Assembly (NCBI GenBank): GCA_040905425.1
Contig: JBBDRO010000090.1
Span: forward strand, 1-19,054
Source of the DNA: Gemmatimonadota bacterium
GTDB taxonomy: Bacteria; Gemmatimonadota; Gemmatimonadetes; Longimicrobiales; RSA9
DNA: 19,054 nucleotides
Reading direction: 5' to 3'
The notes below the pieces were generated by a model. It was not told the origin of the DNA, ran no database searches, and saw only the letters and a program-made list of their open reading frames with translations. Shown here in pieces: positions 7,391 to 14,837 of the stretch. The position numbers and the translations under genes were made by a program. Each line of letters begins with the position of its first letter. Position 1 is the stretch's first letter.

Positions 7391-7441
7391 ACGCCCGCGC
7401 CAGCGCAAGGTGCCTCAGTGAAGAGCAAACCCGCCCAAGCA

Positions 7442-7570
7442 CGCTGGGCGCTGGCCGACGGGGCCGCCGAGCCCCGGGTCCTGACCCCGGCGGACACGCT
7501 GCGCTGGCAGCCGCGCGGCGCCGGGGCGGTCCTCGAAGTGCCCGTAGGGGAGTTGCTGCCCGACGCCTGA
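7442..7570 (+). pseudogene. 3' remnant of a probable Uma2-family endonuclease gene
   Basis: RWALADGAAEPRVLTPADTLRWQPRGAGAVLEVPVGELLPDA* has host-like G/C-ending codons and resembles Uma2 C-termini as recalled; no homologous 5' part. Confidence 0.45.
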
Positions 7571-7682
7571 GCCCGCCCCCCACCCGCTTGACCGGCGCCA
7601 CCCCTCCCACCTACGTTCCCGTGCGACGCCCTCCTGCCGCAGCACCGTCGCTTCGACAGATCCTCTCTCCGGGAACCCGCTT

Positions 7683-8390
7683 ATGCTGGTACGCGCGCGC
7701 ATGACGCGGGACGTGATCACGGCGTCCCCAGACACCACCCTGGCTCAGGCCCTGAACCTCCTGCGCGCCAAGGAGTTCCGGCACCTTCCTGTGCTCGAGG
7801 ACGGCGCCCTCGTGGGGCTGGTGAGTGACCGCGACCTGCGCATGGCCATGCCGCCCATCTGGGCCGAGGAGCAGGAGGAGCTGCGGCGCGCCCTGGATGA
7901 GAAGACGGTGGGCCACGTCATGACCACCGAGCTGATCACGGTGCCGCCGGACACGCCCATCGAGGAGGCGGCCAAGCTGCTCTACCAGCACCACATCGGC
8001 TGCCTGCCGGTGCTGGAGGACGGCGCCCTGATCGGGATTCTGACGGAGACGGACATCCTGCGCTCCTATGTGGAGCTCTTCGGCGTCGGGGAGCCCTCCT
8101 CGCGGCTGGAGATCCACATGCCCAACCGGCCGGGCGAGCTGGCCCGCGTGGTGCGCATGATCGGCATCGAGCGGAAGGTGAACATCACCGGCATGGTGGT
8201 GCCGCCCACCATCGGGGACCGCGCCACGGCCATCATGCACGTGCAGACGGTCAACCCGGGTCCGCTCGTGGAGGCGCTGCGCCGCATGGGCTACACGGTA
8301 GGCTGGCCGGCGGTGGGGCTGGAGGATCCGGTGTTCACGCCGGCCGGGGAGCGCGGCGAGCGCGGGCTGCGCGCGGCGGAGGCCCTGTAG
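7683..8390 (+). CDS. acuB: CBS-pair + ACT domain protein, AcuB-like
   Basis: Two CBS repeats (FRHLPVLEDGALVGLVSDRDL; IGCLPVLEDGALIGILTETDIL) then ACT (PSSRLEIHMPNRPGELARV); next to an acuC-like gene. Confidence 0.85.
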   Translation: MLVRARMTRDVITASPDTTLAQALNLLRAKEFRHLPVLEDGALVGLVSDRDLRMAMPPIWAEEQEELRRALDEKTVGHVMTTELITVPPDTPIEEAAKLLYQHHIGCLPVLEDGALIGILTETDILRSYVELFGVGEPSSRLEIHMPNRPGELARVVRMIGIERKVNITGMVVPPTIGDRATAIMHVQTVNPGPLVEALRRMGYTVGWPAVGLEDPVFTPAGERGERGLRAAEAL

Positions 8391-8406
8391 GCGCCAGTTA
8401 CGTGCA

Positions 8407-9588
8407 TTGAGCAATTCCATCACGGCGCTCGTCTGGGATGACGTCCTGGCGGGCTACCGGTTCGGCGCCGAGCATCCGCTGAATCCCCGTCGCCTGGAGA
8501 TCACCCTCGATCTCATCCGCCGCCTGGGCCTGGTGGGCAACGGCCACCGCCCCATGGTGCGGCCGGCGCCCGCCACCGACGCGGACCTCCTGCGCGTGCA
8601 CGCCCCCGAGTTCATCGACGCGGTCAAGCGCGCCTCCGCCGGGGACCGATCTCCCGAGCTGGGCCGCTTCGGGCTGGGGTCGGAGGACGTGCCGCTGGTG
8701 GCGGGCATGCACGAGGCGGCCTGCCTGGCGGTGGGCGCCACGCTGAAGGCCGCCGAGCTGGTCATGAGCGGCCGCGCGCGGCGCGCCTTCTCGCTGGCGG
8801 GCGGGCTGCACCATGCCCGGCGCGCGGAAGCGGCCGGCTTCTGCGTCTATAATGACCTGGCCGTGGCCGCCCACTGGATGAAGGAGGTCCATGGCGCGCG
8901 GGTCATGTACATTGACATCGACGCCCACCACGGCGACGGCGTGCAGTGGCTCTTCTACGAGGATCCGGAGGTGCTCACCGTCTCCTTCCACGAGAGCGGC
9001 ACCTACCTCTTCCCGGGCACCGGCTACATCGACGAGGTGGGCCAGGGGGACGGCCACGGTTTCTCCGTGAACGTGCCGCTGGACGCCCACACCGAGGACG
9101 CCTCCTACCGCGCCGCGTTCGAGGAACTGGTGCCGGCCCTGGCCGACGCCTTTCGCCCGGACGTGATCCTCTATCAGGCCGGCTGTGACGCGCACGCGGT
9201 GGACCCACTCACCCACCTGCGCTGTACTACCGGCCTGTACCACGAGCTCACACGCGTGGTGGTGGAGGTGGCCGAGCGGCACTGCCAGGGCCGGGTGGTG
9301 GCAACCGGCGGGGGCGGCTACGCCATCTACGAGGTGGTGCCGCGCGCCTGGACGCTGGTGTGGGCGGCGCTGTGCGGCGCCCACCCGCCCGACGAGCTGC
9401 CGGCGGAGTGGCTGCACGCCATGCGCCTGGAGCACGGCCGCGAGCTGCCGTGCTGTCTGCGGGACGCGCCCGGTGACTACCCGGCCTCGCCCCGGCGCGC
9501 GAGCGTGGACGAGACCAACGAACGCACGCTGGCCGCCGTACGGAGCCGCGTCCTGCCGCTGCTCACGGGCTGGCACCTGGGCTTTTGA
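8407..9588 (+). CDS. acuC: AcuC-like Zn-dependent lysine deacetylase (HDAC family)
   Basis: HPLNPRR, GGLHHA, GFCVYND, DIDAHHGDG, FPGTG, NVPL, QAGCDAH..DPLTHL, GGGGY and VPRAW all intact; TTG start. Confidence 0.93.
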   Translation: MSNSITALVWDDVLAGYRFGAEHPLNPRRLEITLDLIRRLGLVGNGHRPMVRPAPATDADLLRVHAPEFIDAVKRASAGDRSPELGRFGLGSEDVPLVAGMHEAACLAVGATLKAAELVMSGRARRAFSLAGGLHHARRAEAAGFCVYNDLAVAAHWMKEVHGARVMYIDIDAHHGDGVQWLFYEDPEVLTVSFHESGTYLFPGTGYIDEVGQGDGHGFSVNVPLDAHTEDASYRAAFEELVPALADAFRPDVILYQAGCDAHAVDPLTHLRCTTGLYHELTRVVVEVAERHCQGRVVATGGGGYAIYEVVPRAWTLVWAALCGAHPPDELPAEWLHAMRLEHGRELPCCLRDAPGDYPASPRRASVDETNERTLAAVRSRVLPLLTGWHLGF

Positions 9589-10094
9589 TGGCACCTCCGG
9601 TGCATGCCTGGCTGCGGGACAAGACGGGCATCCCCTTCATCGTGCGGGACTACCAGCCGGTGGACCGCGTGGGGTTGGAGGCCATGTATGAGGACTTCGA
9701 TCCCAAGCGCGCCGCCCAGGGCCTGCCCCCCGAGAAGGTGGACGCGGTGCGGCGCTGGCTGGACGGCGTGCTGCCGCAGGGCCGGCACCTGGTGGTGGAG
9801 GTGGCGGGCCGCGTGCTGGGCCACGTCATGATGGTGCCCATGAACGGCCGTACGGAGATGGCCAGCTTCCTCCACCAGTCCATCCGCGGCCGCGGCATCG
9901 GCACGGCCGCGCACGGCGTGGCGCTGGAGGTCTGCCGCGCGGTCGGCTGGCATCACCTGTGGCTCTCCGTGCGGCCCATGAACCGGGCGGCCATCCGTTC
10001 GTACGAGAAGGTGGGCTTCCGCATGCTGGCGGGGAGTCTCTGGGAGCCGGAGCTGGAAATGGAACTACTCATCCCGAAAGCGGAGCAGGTATGA
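9588..10094 (+). CDS. GNAT family N-acetyltransferase
   Basis: Acetyl-CoA motif A (FLHQSIRGRGIGT) and N.AAIRSYEKVGF; TGATG overlap with acuC. Confidence 0.9.
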   Translation: MAPPVHAWLRDKTGIPFIVRDYQPVDRVGLEAMYEDFDPKRAAQGLPPEKVDAVRRWLDGVLPQGRHLVVEVAGRVLGHVMMVPMNGRTEMASFLHQSIRGRGIGTAAHGVALEVCRAVGWHHLWLSVRPMNRAAIRSYEKVGFRMLAGSLWEPELEMELLIPKAEQV

Positions 10095-11731
10095 AGCGCA
10101 CACGCGTCCTGGCCACGTGGTCCCTGGTGGCCCTCCTCGTGGCGCTGGCCAGCACCGGCTTCGCCCTGCAGAGCCGGTCGCAGACGTCCTCCAGCACGCG
10201 CCTGCTGGAGCAGGTGCTGCAGCGCGTGAGCTTCGACGGCGTGGACTCGCTGGCGCGCGAGGTGGTCATCGAGAAGGCCGCGCGCGGCTTCGTGGAGCAG
10301 CTCGACGATCCGTACGCCGCGCTCTACTCCCCCGAGGAGCTGGCCGCCTTCTCACGCGAGACCATCGGCAATGACTACGGCGGCCTGGGCATGATGATCG
10401 AGGACCAGCAGGGCGTGATCACCGTCACGCGGGTCTTCCCCGATACGCCGGCCGAGCGCGGCGGCGTGCAGCCCGGCGACCGCATCGTGGAGGTGGCCGG
10501 GGAGCCGATCCGGGGCTGGTCGGTGGAGCGCACCTCCACCACGCTGCTCGGTCCGCCGGGCAGCTCGGTGGACGTGACCTTCGCGCGCCCGGGCATGGAG
10601 AGCACCTTCGGCGGCGGCTTCGAGCGCGCCCGCGTGCATCAGCCGGCGGTCCCCTTCGTGACCCTTCTTGAAGGCGACGTCGGCTACTTACCGCTCCAGC
10701 GCTTCAGCCAAGCATCCACGGCCGAGCTGGCCGCCGGCGTGGCGCGCCTGCGCGCCGCGGGCGCCCGCGCGTACGTCCTGGACCTGCGCGGCAACGGCGG
10801 CGGCAGCCTGCCGGAGGCCGTCTCCATCGCGGACCTCTTCCTGCCCGAGGGCAGGGAGGTGGTGCGCATTGTCTACCGCAGCCAGCCCACCGAGGTCTAC
10901 CGCTCCGAGCGACCCGCCGCCGCGGGTGACGCGCCCGTGGTGGTGCTCACGGACCGCTTCACCGCCTCCGCCTCGGAGATCGTGGCGGGCGCTCTCCAGG
11001 ATCACGACCGCGCCCTCATCGTTGGCCAGCGCAGCTTCGGCAAGGGCGTGGTGCAGGACGTCTTCGGGCTGGACGCCGGCTGGGCGCTCAAGCTCACCAC
11101 CGGCAAGTGGTACACGCCGAGCGGCCGCACGCTGCAGCGTGACTGGGCGGCGCACGCCGCGGGCGCCGAGGCGGCGGAGGCGGTGGAGGGGGCGCACGGA
11201 GCGCAGGGGGCGGATGCGGCGGCGGACGCCCACGTGCCGGCGCACGCCGCGGACTGCACCGCCGCGCTGGCGGTCACCTCCGCGGGCGGGCGGCGCCTGT
11301 GCGCCGGCGGCGGCGTCTTCCCCGACCACCCCGTGGCGCCGGATTCGCTCACCGGCCCCGACCGGGCGCTCATGCGCGCCGTGGGCGCCAACGCCACCCA
11401 GCTCTACTTTGCCGTCCATGAGGTGGCGCTTGAGCTGAAGGAGGGTGTGGGGCGGGACTTCGTGGTGCTGCCCGCGTGGCGGGCCATGCTCTACGAGCGC
11501 TTCCTGGCCAAGGGCGGCAGTGTGGAGCGGGCGGTCTTCGACGCCGGCCACGGCATCGTGGACCAGCTCCTGGAGCGGCGCATTGCCGGCTTTGCGTTCG
11601 GCGATGACGCCGCCTTCCTGCGCGCGGCCGTCCAGGACACGCAGCTGCAGGAGGCGCTGCGGCTGCTCCGCGCCGCGCGCACGCAGCCCGAGCTGCTGGC
11701 GCTGGCGGCGGGCGGCCGGCCCACCGGCTGA
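10091..11731 (+). CDS. S41 family carboxyl-terminal processing protease (PDZ + peptidase S41)
   Basis: ATG 10091 (ATGA overlap); signal peptide, LDDPY, GGLGM PDZ, DLRGNGGG, TASASEIVAGALQDHDRA, SFGKGVVQ, WYTPSGR. Confidence 0.93.
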   Translation: MKRTRVLATWSLVALLVALASTGFALQSRSQTSSSTRLLEQVLQRVSFDGVDSLAREVVIEKAARGFVEQLDDPYAALYSPEELAAFSRETIGNDYGGLGMMIEDQQGVITVTRVFPDTPAERGGVQPGDRIVEVAGEPIRGWSVERTSTTLLGPPGSSVDVTFARPGMESTFGGGFERARVHQPAVPFVTLLEGDVGYLPLQRFSQASTAELAAGVARLRAAGARAYVLDLRGNGGGSLPEAVSIADLFLPEGREVVRIVYRSQPTEVYRSERPAAAGDAPVVVLTDRFTASASEIVAGALQDHDRALIVGQRSFGKGVVQDVFGLDAGWALKLTTGKWYTPSGRTLQRDWAAHAAGAEAAEAVEGAHGAQGADAAADAHVPAHAADCTAALAVTSAGGRRLCAGGGVFPDHPVAPDSLTGPDRALMRAVGANATQLYFAVHEVALELKEGVGRDFVVLPAWRAMLYERFLAKGGSVERAVFDAGHGIVDQLLERRIAGFAFGDDAAFLRAAVQDTQLQEALRLLRAARTQPELLALAAGGRPTG

Positions 11732-11762
11732 GCGGCGCGGCGGCTCTGGCATAAAGAGGGGG

Positions 11763-11789
11763 GGGGCGTACCGGGCTGGCCCGCGCCCC
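11763..11789 (-). terminator. Possible intrinsic terminator between convergent genes
   Basis: GGGGCG-TAC-CGGGC-TG-GCCCG-CGCCCC bulged hairpin; the minus strand continues with a C-run then TCTTT. Confidence 0.35.
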
Positions 11790-11816
11790 ACGCGCGTTCA
11801 GCGGTTGAAATGCCGC

Positions 11817-12293
11817 CTACTCGGAACCCGTACGACGGGAGCTGTGCTCGTAGCCCTCGCGGACGAACGGGCGCATCTGCTCGTAGTCCCGGCCCGCGGC
11901 GTCCTGCTTCCAGCCGCTCTTCAGGTCCGGCTCGACCTCGTCGAACGGGCGGCCACGGTAGTCGGGGTTGTGCCCCGCCACGTGCCCCACGCCATAGCCC
12001 AGCCGGGCGTCATCGTACTTCAGGTTCTCGGACGACGTGGTCTTGTAGTGGGTGCGGTAGTGGTCCTCTTCCTTGCCCATGTCCTCCACGGCCCGGCCGG
12101 CCTTCTCGCCGGCCCACCAGCCGCCCACAGCGCCCGCGATGCCGCCGAGGACCGTGCCGATCGGGCCCGCCACGGAACCGATGGCCGCGCCCGCGGCCGT
12201 GCCGCCGATGCCGCCCACGGCCTCGCCGGCCTGCTCACCCGCGCCCGGGTTTTCGTCACGTACGTCATCGGGAAGATGCTTGCGATCCGTCAT
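11817..12293 (-). CDS. Glycine-zipper-containing hypothetical protein (possibly stress-associated)
   Basis: AVGGIGGTAAGAAIGSVAGPIGTVLGGIAGAVGGWWAG zipper, then a hydrophilic domain (FDEVEPDLKSGW); AGGAGG RBS. Confidence 0.8.
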   Translation of the reverse strand: MTDRKHLPDDVRDENPGAGEQAGEAVGGIGGTAAGAAIGSVAGPIGTVLGGIAGAVGGWWAGEKAGRAVEDMGKEEDHYRTHYKTTSSENLKYDDARLGYGVGHVAGHNPDYRGRPFDEVEPDLKSGWKQDAAGRDYEQMRPFVREGYEHSSRRTGSE

Positions 12294-12466
12294 TTATACC
12301 TCCTGTAAGGTGTGCCTCTCAACAGGGCTTGCCATAAACGCATGGATCGCGCCAGCTCGGGTACGGGGGCGGGGGGGAGAAACCTGTCGTGTGACCCCTT
12401 CAGCGCGTATCGTCAATGTGATGCGCTCGGCGGCCGCCGAGGCTTCCCCCTCTCCCGGAGGTACGC

Positions 12467-12874
12467 ATGAAGAGCCTGGCACAACGTGGCGCCCTGCTGT
12501 TCGGCGTGGTGTTCCTGCTGGTGGGCATCCTGGGACTGTTCGTGGACAACGGCATGAGCATGGACGCGGACATGGCCACTGCCGGCCGCCTGTTCGGCCT
12601 CTTCCCCGTGAACTTGCTGCACAACCTGGTGCACCTGGGCTTCGGCGTGTGGGGCATCGTTGCGTCCCGCGGCAAGGGGGCATCGGTCACGTACGGTTGG
12701 CTGGGCGGCGCGGTCTACGGCGCGCTGGTCATCCTGGCCTTCGTCACGCCCACGCTGTTCGGGCTGGTGCCGATCGGCGGGCATGACATCTGGCTGCATG
12801 CCGTGCTGGCGCTGGGCCTGCTCGGCCTGGCCGTGTCGGGCAGGAAGGGAACGGGCGCGGCTACGCCGGTCTGA
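12467..12874 (+). CDS. DUF4383-like integral membrane protein
   Basis: Four hydrophobic helices; GVVFLLVGILG, LFGLFPVNLLHNLVHL..G, DIWLH; GGAGG RBS. Confidence 0.85.
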   Translation: MKSLAQRGALLFGVVFLLVGILGLFVDNGMSMDADMATAGRLFGLFPVNLLHNLVHLGFGVWGIVASRGKGASVTYGWLGGAVYGALVILAFVTPTLFGLVPIGGHDIWLHAVLALGLLGLAVSGRKGTGAATPV

Positions 12875-12939
12875 GCCGGAGGCTTCGGCAGGTTACTGTC
12901 GGGCGGGAGGCGCCGGTGGCGGTCCGGCCGGGGGGCGGG

Positions 12940-13009
12940 GGGGGGGGCCGGGCCCCCCCCACGGCCCGTGCGTGGTCCGCACGGGCCGTCGGGTGCCGGG
13001 TGCCGACGG
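12940..13009. terminator. Cluster of GC-rich hairpins between convergent genes
   Basis: Perfect 12-bp stem ACGGCCCGTGCG-TGGTC-CGCACGGGCCGT (12961-12989) flanked by a G8CC/GGC8 stem and CCGTCGG...CCGACGG. Confidence 0.5.
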
Positions 13010-13010
13010 G

Positions 13011-13184
13011 CTAGATTCTGCGCATACGGTTGGAGACCGTGTTGAAGCGCACGCCCTTGAGGCGCTTGATGCCCTCGCTGGTGCGCTTGAAGACCTCCGC
13101 GCGCTTGCGGTCCACGCTGTCCTGATTGAGCCAGTAAAAGGGAGTGGGGGTGCCGTCCTTCTTGAAGATCTTGACCTTGGCCAT
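13011..13184 (-). CDS. Small basic hypothetical protein (57 aa)
   Basis: MAKVKIFKKDGTPTPFYW...; GGAG RBS, strongly G/C-ending codons, Lys/Arg-rich. Confidence 0.7.
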   Translation of the reverse strand: MAKVKIFKKDGTPTPFYWLNQDSVDRKRAEVFKRTSEGIKRLKGVRFNTVSNRMRRI

Positions 13185-13309
13185 GCTGCGTCTCCGCTCT
13201 CTTGGAGAGGGTCGAACCACACGGGGGCGTTCGAAGGGGTTCTGGCAGGATTGAAACGTGATACCCCGCGGGGGTCGGTGCGGTCCCGATGGGCACAGCG
13301 GTAGCCCGC

Positions 13310-14824
13310 TCAGCGCTCCCTCGCCAGTTCATTGCCGATGGCCACCACCGCCGCCACCAGCGCGTCCACATCCGCCGCCGTGGTCCGGTGGTTGGTGAAG
13401 GAGGCGCGCAGAGCAAAACGGCCGTTCAGCACCGTGGAGGAGGGCACCGCCAGGCCGCGCTCCTGGAGGCGCATGAGAAGTTCGCGGTTGAGGGCGTTCA
13501 GGCTGCGGGGGTCATCGGGCTCCGCCGGTGCGGCGCCGATGGAGGCGGCGCCGGAGGCTGGCGCGGGGACGCGGCTTGAAGGGGTGTAGCGGAAGCAGAC
13601 GATGTTCAGCGGCACGGGCGCCAGGCGCTCCAGGTCGGGATGGGCGTCCACCCGCTCGGCCAGGCGGCGGGCGTGGGCCACGTCCGCGGCAATGGCCGCC
13701 GCGTGCGCGTCCGCGCCGAGCGCCTTCAGGGCAAACCAGGTGGAGAGCCCGCGGAAGCGACGGGTGAGCTCGGGGCCGTCGCCGCCGAAGACGTGGCCGC
13801 CGGAGGCTGGGCCGCGCGTGAAGGGCGCCAGGTAGGCGGCGCCCGAGGCGAAGGCGCTGCGCTGGGCCGCGCGGTCGCGGATCAGGATGCAGCCGGCGCC
13901 CACGGGCGCGTGCAGCCATTTGTGGAGGTCGAAGGCCAGGGAGTCGGCGCGCGCCATGCCGCGCGTCAGGTGGCGGAGCTCCGGGACGAGGTGCGCCAGG
14001 GCGCCGAAGGCACCGTCCACGTGCAGCCAGAGCGCTTCGCGCTGACAGAGGTCCGCCAGCGCCTCCAGGTCATCGAAGGCGCCGGTGTTGACCGTGCCAG
14101 CGTTGGCCACCACGCAGATAGGGCGCGCCCCCGCCGCCCGGTCCGCGGCGATCATGCGCTCCAGGACGTCCGGCTGGATGGAGAAGTCGGCGTCCACCGG
14201 CACCTTCCGCACGGCCGTCCTCCCCAGCCCCAGCGTGGCCGCCGCCTTGTGCACGGAGCTGTGCGTCTCGGTGGATGCGTAGACGGTCAGCTGCGGCAGG
14301 CCGCGGATGCCGTCGGCCGCGGCGGCGCCTCCGGCGTGCGCCTCCCGGGCGGCGGCGAGCGCCACCAGGTTGGCCACCGAGCCGCCGCTCACCAGCACGC
14401 CCGGCGCGCGGAAGTCCAGCAGGTCGCCGAGCCAGCCGATGAGCTGGTCCTCCACGTAGCTGGCCGCCTCCTCGAAGCCGCCCGCGTTCACGTTGAGGGA
14501 GGCGGTGAGCAGGTCCCCGAGCATGCCCACGGGCGTGCCGCCGCCGTTCACCCAGCCCCACCACCGGGGGTGGATCTGGCGCAGCGCATAGGGGCGCACG
14601 TGGGTGAGGAAGTCCTGGTAGGCGGCCTCGGCGCCGGTAGGGTGATGGGGGACGTCGCTTGAAAGGGCCGCCCGCGTGTCCGCCGGCATGGCGCGCCAGG
14701 CGGGCTCGGTGCCGATGTCCCGCAGGCGGTCCAGGGCGTCATCCACCATGCGGTGGGCCAGGGCGCGCAGGGTGTCCCAGTCGGCGGGGTCGAGGGTGGC
14801 GGGAGGCTTGTCGGAGCTGGTCAC
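13310..14824 (-). CDS. Group II PLP-dependent decarboxylase (aromatic L-amino acid/DABA decarboxylase-like)
   Basis: HPRWWGWV, SGGSVAN, HSSVHKA, AGTVNTGAFDDL, WLHVDGAFGA, ADSLAFDLHKW (PLP lysine), LNIVCFRY, NHRTT. Confidence 0.92.
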   Translation of the reverse strand: MTSSDKPPATLDPADWDTLRALAHRMVDDALDRLRDIGTEPAWRAMPADTRAALSSDVPHHPTGAEAAYQDFLTHVRPYALRQIHPRWWGWVNGGGTPVGMLGDLLTASLNVNAGGFEEAASYVEDQLIGWLGDLLDFRAPGVLVSGGSVANLVALAAAREAHAGGAAAADGIRGLPQLTVYASTETHSSVHKAAATLGLGRTAVRKVPVDADFSIQPDVLERMIAADRAAGARPICVVANAGTVNTGAFDDLEALADLCQREALWLHVDGAFGALAHLVPELRHLTRGMARADSLAFDLHKWLHAPVGAGCILIRDRAAQRSAFASGAAYLAPFTRGPASGGHVFGGDGPELTRRFRGLSTWFALKALGADAHAAAIAADVAHARRLAERVDAHPDLERLAPVPLNIVCFRYTPSSRVPAPASGAASIGAAPAEPDDPRSLNALNRELLMRLQERGLAVPSSTVLNGRFALRASFTNHRTTAADVDALVAAVVAIGNELARER

Positions 14825-14837
14825 GGGCGGCTCTGGT

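Noticed and set aside
200..7440. Integron cassette array or prophage as explanation for the TA cluster
   Set aside because: No integrase, no recurring attC-like sites found by eye, mixed gene orientations and no phage genes
9959..10090. N-terminal extension of the S41 protease
   Set aside because: Overlaps the GNAT gene; ATG 10091 gives an ATGA overlap and a proper signal peptide
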